Shown here one piece after another: positions 60,201-64,000 of a stretch of 64,000 bases of DNA (the first letter of the stretch is position 1; every line of letters begins with the position of its first letter). A program made the translations under genes and the position numbers. The DNA lies in contig CM120640.1 in the NCBI GenBank assembly GCA_051362555.1, positions 61,978,788-62,042,787 of the forward strand. Reading direction: 5' to 3'. The notes beneath the pieces are model-generated. The model did no database searches, was not told where the DNA came from, and worked only from the letters and a program-made list of their open reading frames with translations. This DNA is from Lingula anatina (Eukaryota; Animalia; Brachiopoda).

Positions 60201-62815
60201 AAGGGCCTTGTACAAAACAGTTCCTGTTTAGCATGCTGTTATATGTATGCACCTGTTACATATTGTGCTTGTTTAAGTAGAATTTGGCATGCTTTTTTAA
60301 AGGTAAATGTCTAGTTTTTTATTATAGTTTAAATTACCTTTGTTGCCTATTTTACTTTCATAATGCCCAGTAGCATTGCTGGTGTACTAGTGTTAAGATT
60401 GTGTTTGACCATACATTATTGCATTTAATTCTGATGTTAATCAAAGTTTTAAATGTTCAAACCTGGGGCATATTTTAAGCATTTTATTTGTTAAGACAGG
60501 TGCAATATTTTTCATATTCAAGATATTGAATTTGTTCTCGACCACAGCTGTTAAAACTTGCTTATGCTGTAATGAGAAATCTTAAGAAATATTATTTACA
60601 CTGTACATTGAATTAGTGCTGATACCTGGAAAATACACTGTTTTTTTCCATTAAAAAATTAGCACTTATTAAGGAATTCATCATTTTTGTCTTACATTAA
60701 TTTTTTTTCAGTTTTTCAATGCAGATACATGTATGCAGATAGATGTGTTTTTTTTTTTTTCAAGAAAGATTTAAAACGACTATAGTAATTGTCTAGGAAG
60801 AAAACATGTTTTGTCTATTTGGAAATGATTTGCTTTTTCATCATTGCTACATGAGAGACAGTGAAAAGCCTATAACAGCTAAGTATCTAATAGTAGTAGT
60901 GCTTTGAATATTTAAGGTAAGAAAATTGTAGTTATTGCTAAAATTATTGATTAAAACTGTAAAATGTCAAAGTATTACTATTACTAATTATTTTTCTATA
61001 TTAATTAAATGAGGTAACAGATTGATGTAAGTTTTTTTATAATTGATACAGATGATTAAAAACAAATATATCACAGACAACATGGGCTGAAATATCTTGA
61101 TTAGTTAAGCAAGAGGCCGTTTATAAGACATTATTATTAATTAAAACACTATTATTATTATTATATAAAGTTTAGTGCCATATTTTGGATTGTGAAACTA
61201 TTTCACAAGAAAAAAAAGAAGTGGAATAGAATGGATTAAATGTTTCTTGTCAGTTTCAAATTCAAAGTATTTTTGTTAATTGTTACTTAGAAACTCTGAC
61301 AATTGGTAATATATTTATAAATATTGCATTTTCTGGATAATAAAGAAAATTAAGTGTTGATTTAAATTTACAGGGCTTGTCATTATATAGCATTCAGTAC
61401 ATGCTAGTAACATGCTAGTGACAAAATAAAATAAAAACTAGGAAGATTGCTTGATGCTCCAAAGGAGGTCATATCCTCCTACTAATAACGGTTCCCCAGC
61501 CATAGTTGCCAATTATAAACTCACGCAACTGTTTTGAATAACAGCATATTCACACATATTTGAAAACAGATTTTTTTTTATTTTAGTAAAACTACACAGG
61601 TCACTTATCTGACTTTATTCAAACTGATGCACCATTTGCTTTTTGCTCGCTCTGGATGAATTACACACCCGTTGTACACGACTTCTGTTCTACTTCAGGA
61701 GATGCAGAGCTGTAGAACATTCTGTACTCTCACCTAGTCTGCCCATTCTACAGCTATACTTTCTAGACCTGGATTATGTGAGAAACAAGATGTTCTGTAA
61801 ATTTTCCTGATCGAAACGTTTAAAACAACCCCATATCATTAAAGGATATACATTGTAAGCAGTTCTTGAAAAAATGAATGAACAATAGGTTCTGATACAC
61901 AACATATTTAACTGAAAAGATTTATTAGACAAGAAGAGATTTTAATATAATTTGATTTAAAAATAATTACAATCGCCACCTTTTCTACGTAGATGCATCT
62001 TAGTTTACCTTTAGAGAATTAGTTGTAGAATTGAGTTTTGTCTTACACAGTTTACTGACGTAAATGTGACATCTCATAAATAAGAAATAGTAAATGATAC
62101 AAAATGAACAAAGATAAATATTGATATGATATTTCGACATTTGAAATGTGATATACATACATTATAAAGCATACCCTTAAATCATACGTGTACAGATACT
62201 ACTAATATCAATCGAGTGTCAGAGTAACTGAGAGAAATTGAAGGGAACTGAGAATATTTTCGCCAAATTTTATGTGAGGCAAACATGTTTACTAAGTGAA
62301 TTTGCTCGCGGCTTCGAATATCATCTAAGAAATAAAATGACTGAAAGGCCTACCCGGTAAATCGACATGTTTGCTATAGTAAATTTCTGCTTCATTTTAT
62401 AGCAACCTTACTAGTAAACTTTATCCTATAAGAATACAGGCCAACATAATATGAAAACAAATTGATTTTAAGAATTTTTGAAATCCAAATACCACCCTTT
62501 TAATTTATAGAAACAATAGTAACATACTAAACGTCGTTAACTAAAATGAAGTAGCATAAACGTCGTGTCATTTTTTTTATTTAACTTGATTAAGTAAGCA
62601 GAAATACATTTATACTACTTAAAAAAAATTAACATTCCTTTTTATCATGGATGTATATATTTAAAGAAAGCGTAGTCCTACTTAACCATAACTTCACACA
62701 GGTAAATGGATAATAATCTTAGAAAAATTCTTTAATGTCCACAGAGTCCTTCATATTGGCGCAGTGGCAAACTGGTTAACTGGATAAACGCCTAAATCAT
62801 GCTTTGAGATAAGGT

Positions 62816-63376
62816 TTAGGTTAGCAGCGCCAAACATGACACTAACAACATCATCCAAATTAAACCTTTACCAATACCGCCACAATTCTTTGAATCTGAG
62901 GGCTTAGCGCTGGCTTTTTCCTGTACAGGAGTCGTGGCTTCATCAGGACAAGGACACTTCGATCCTGGGCGTATCCGGACAGGCCCCCCTTGAACGTGAA
63001 TAGTCACATCCTTCAGAGCGTGTACAATGTCAGTCTTGAGACGCTGGATCATCTGAAGACCTTCGTTGTAATCAGCCAAAACTGCCGTGAATCTGACGAG
63101 TCCATAAACCGAAATGACATCTCTGCCCATCTGCTCGTCTTTTATTTCCGTGCAGTTTATCAGAGGTCCAGTCCATCCTACCAACTTCATATGCTCCTTC
63201 AGCTGTCTGTTACGTATCAGGCTACTACATGCAAACTGGTTATTCAGGCGCCAATTCACGGGTTCAAATTCAAGGAAAATGTCATATTGGAGCTTCGTGA
63301 GGTTGTACAAAATGGCCCGACAGTTCTGACCATCAAAGACGAAACCAAGAGGACAGATTATCGGTTGTACTGTTGG
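62816..63376 (-). CDS. Probable terminal exon of an unidentified cell-surface protein gene that extends beyond the window
   Basis: Long minus-strand ORF; acceptor TATTTCAG just before 63376; Cys motif CPLGFVFDGQNCR; ends in a spacer plus hydrophobic tail (GLIWMMLLVSCLALLT*) resembling a GPI-anchor signal. Confidence 0.6.
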   Translation of the reverse strand, partial: PTVQPIICPLGFVFDGQNCRAILYNLTKLQYDIFLEFEPVNWRLNNQFACSSLIRNRQLKEHMKLVGWTGPLINCTEIKDEQMGRDVISVYGLVRFTAVLADYNEGLQMIQRLKTDIVHALKDVTIHVQGGPVRIRPGSKCPCPDEATTPVQEKASAKPSDSKNCGGIGKGLIWMMLLVSCLALLT

Positions 63377-63641
63377 CTGAAATATATCAAAGACGTTGGC
63401 CATTCATTTTAATTATCGCTCGAGTGGAGTGTGTGTGTGTGTGTGGTGGGGTGGGGTGATTAGCATTATGCTATTTTAAGCATTTTACACAGCCTTAGTG
63501 GTGAAAAATTGACGTGAAAGTTTCTTATAAAAATTTATTATTGTTTTGAATGGTGCCTATGCCAGTGTTGAAGTACTTATAACTCTGCTGGGTTTCATCT
63601 TCACGAAATCTGTATTGCTAGCCTAAAGAGAGTGGCAATAA

Positions 63642-63676
<35 letters not shown>

Positions 63677-64000
63677 TCACTTTGGTCGTTGATAAGTGAA
63701 ATGTGCGCAAGTCACTTCCTATTATCAGAAGTGACGCTCTAAATTTGGATATGATAGAAAACTAGGCCCTTTCTTTCGAACATTCTAATTTCTTATTTTA
63801 ATCAAGCGCAAATGTACAGCTTCAAGATGCACATTGTTTTTTATCTTTAAAAATCGGACAAAGACCAGTAAAAGAATAGTAAAAGGGATTTGCGTATTAC
63901 TTCTGACAAAATTAATGAGTTTGGGGTCCATTATGTGCCGTTTGAGCTCGCAGATTTATTCAAAATCTAAAACTTTTTGCAAATTATGTAAATGTTTCAT

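Overview
AT-rich, intron-rich animal genomic DNA (invertebrate-like; the taxon cannot be fixed from sequence alone). Exons assembled by hand give CEP97 (+), CCDC28 (-), mitochondrial rRNA methyltransferase MRM1 (+), an intronless cytochrome-b5-fused desaturase (+), a Janus kinase (+) and the last exon of an unidentified gene (-). There are many non-autonomous DNA transposons (hAT5-like, Harbinger-like, Kolobok-like, Helentron-associated) and one truncated LINE. The standout is the JAK gene. Its 21 phase-compatible exons encode about 1574 aa with the order FERM - SH2-like - pseudokinase - tyrosine kinase - tyrosine kinase. Both kinase domains look intact and appear to come from duplication of a 5-exon module, and a possible intronic stop plus poly(A) signal could restore the normal one-kinase form. 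Also notable: U12-type minor introns in both CEP97 and CCDC28 (the latter invaded by a Kolobok-like element carrying a decoy U12 branch site), an FN3 domain and an apparent frameshift in CEP97, and a desaturase whose third His box reads HIEHH rather than QxxHH. All exon models are inferred without transcript data.
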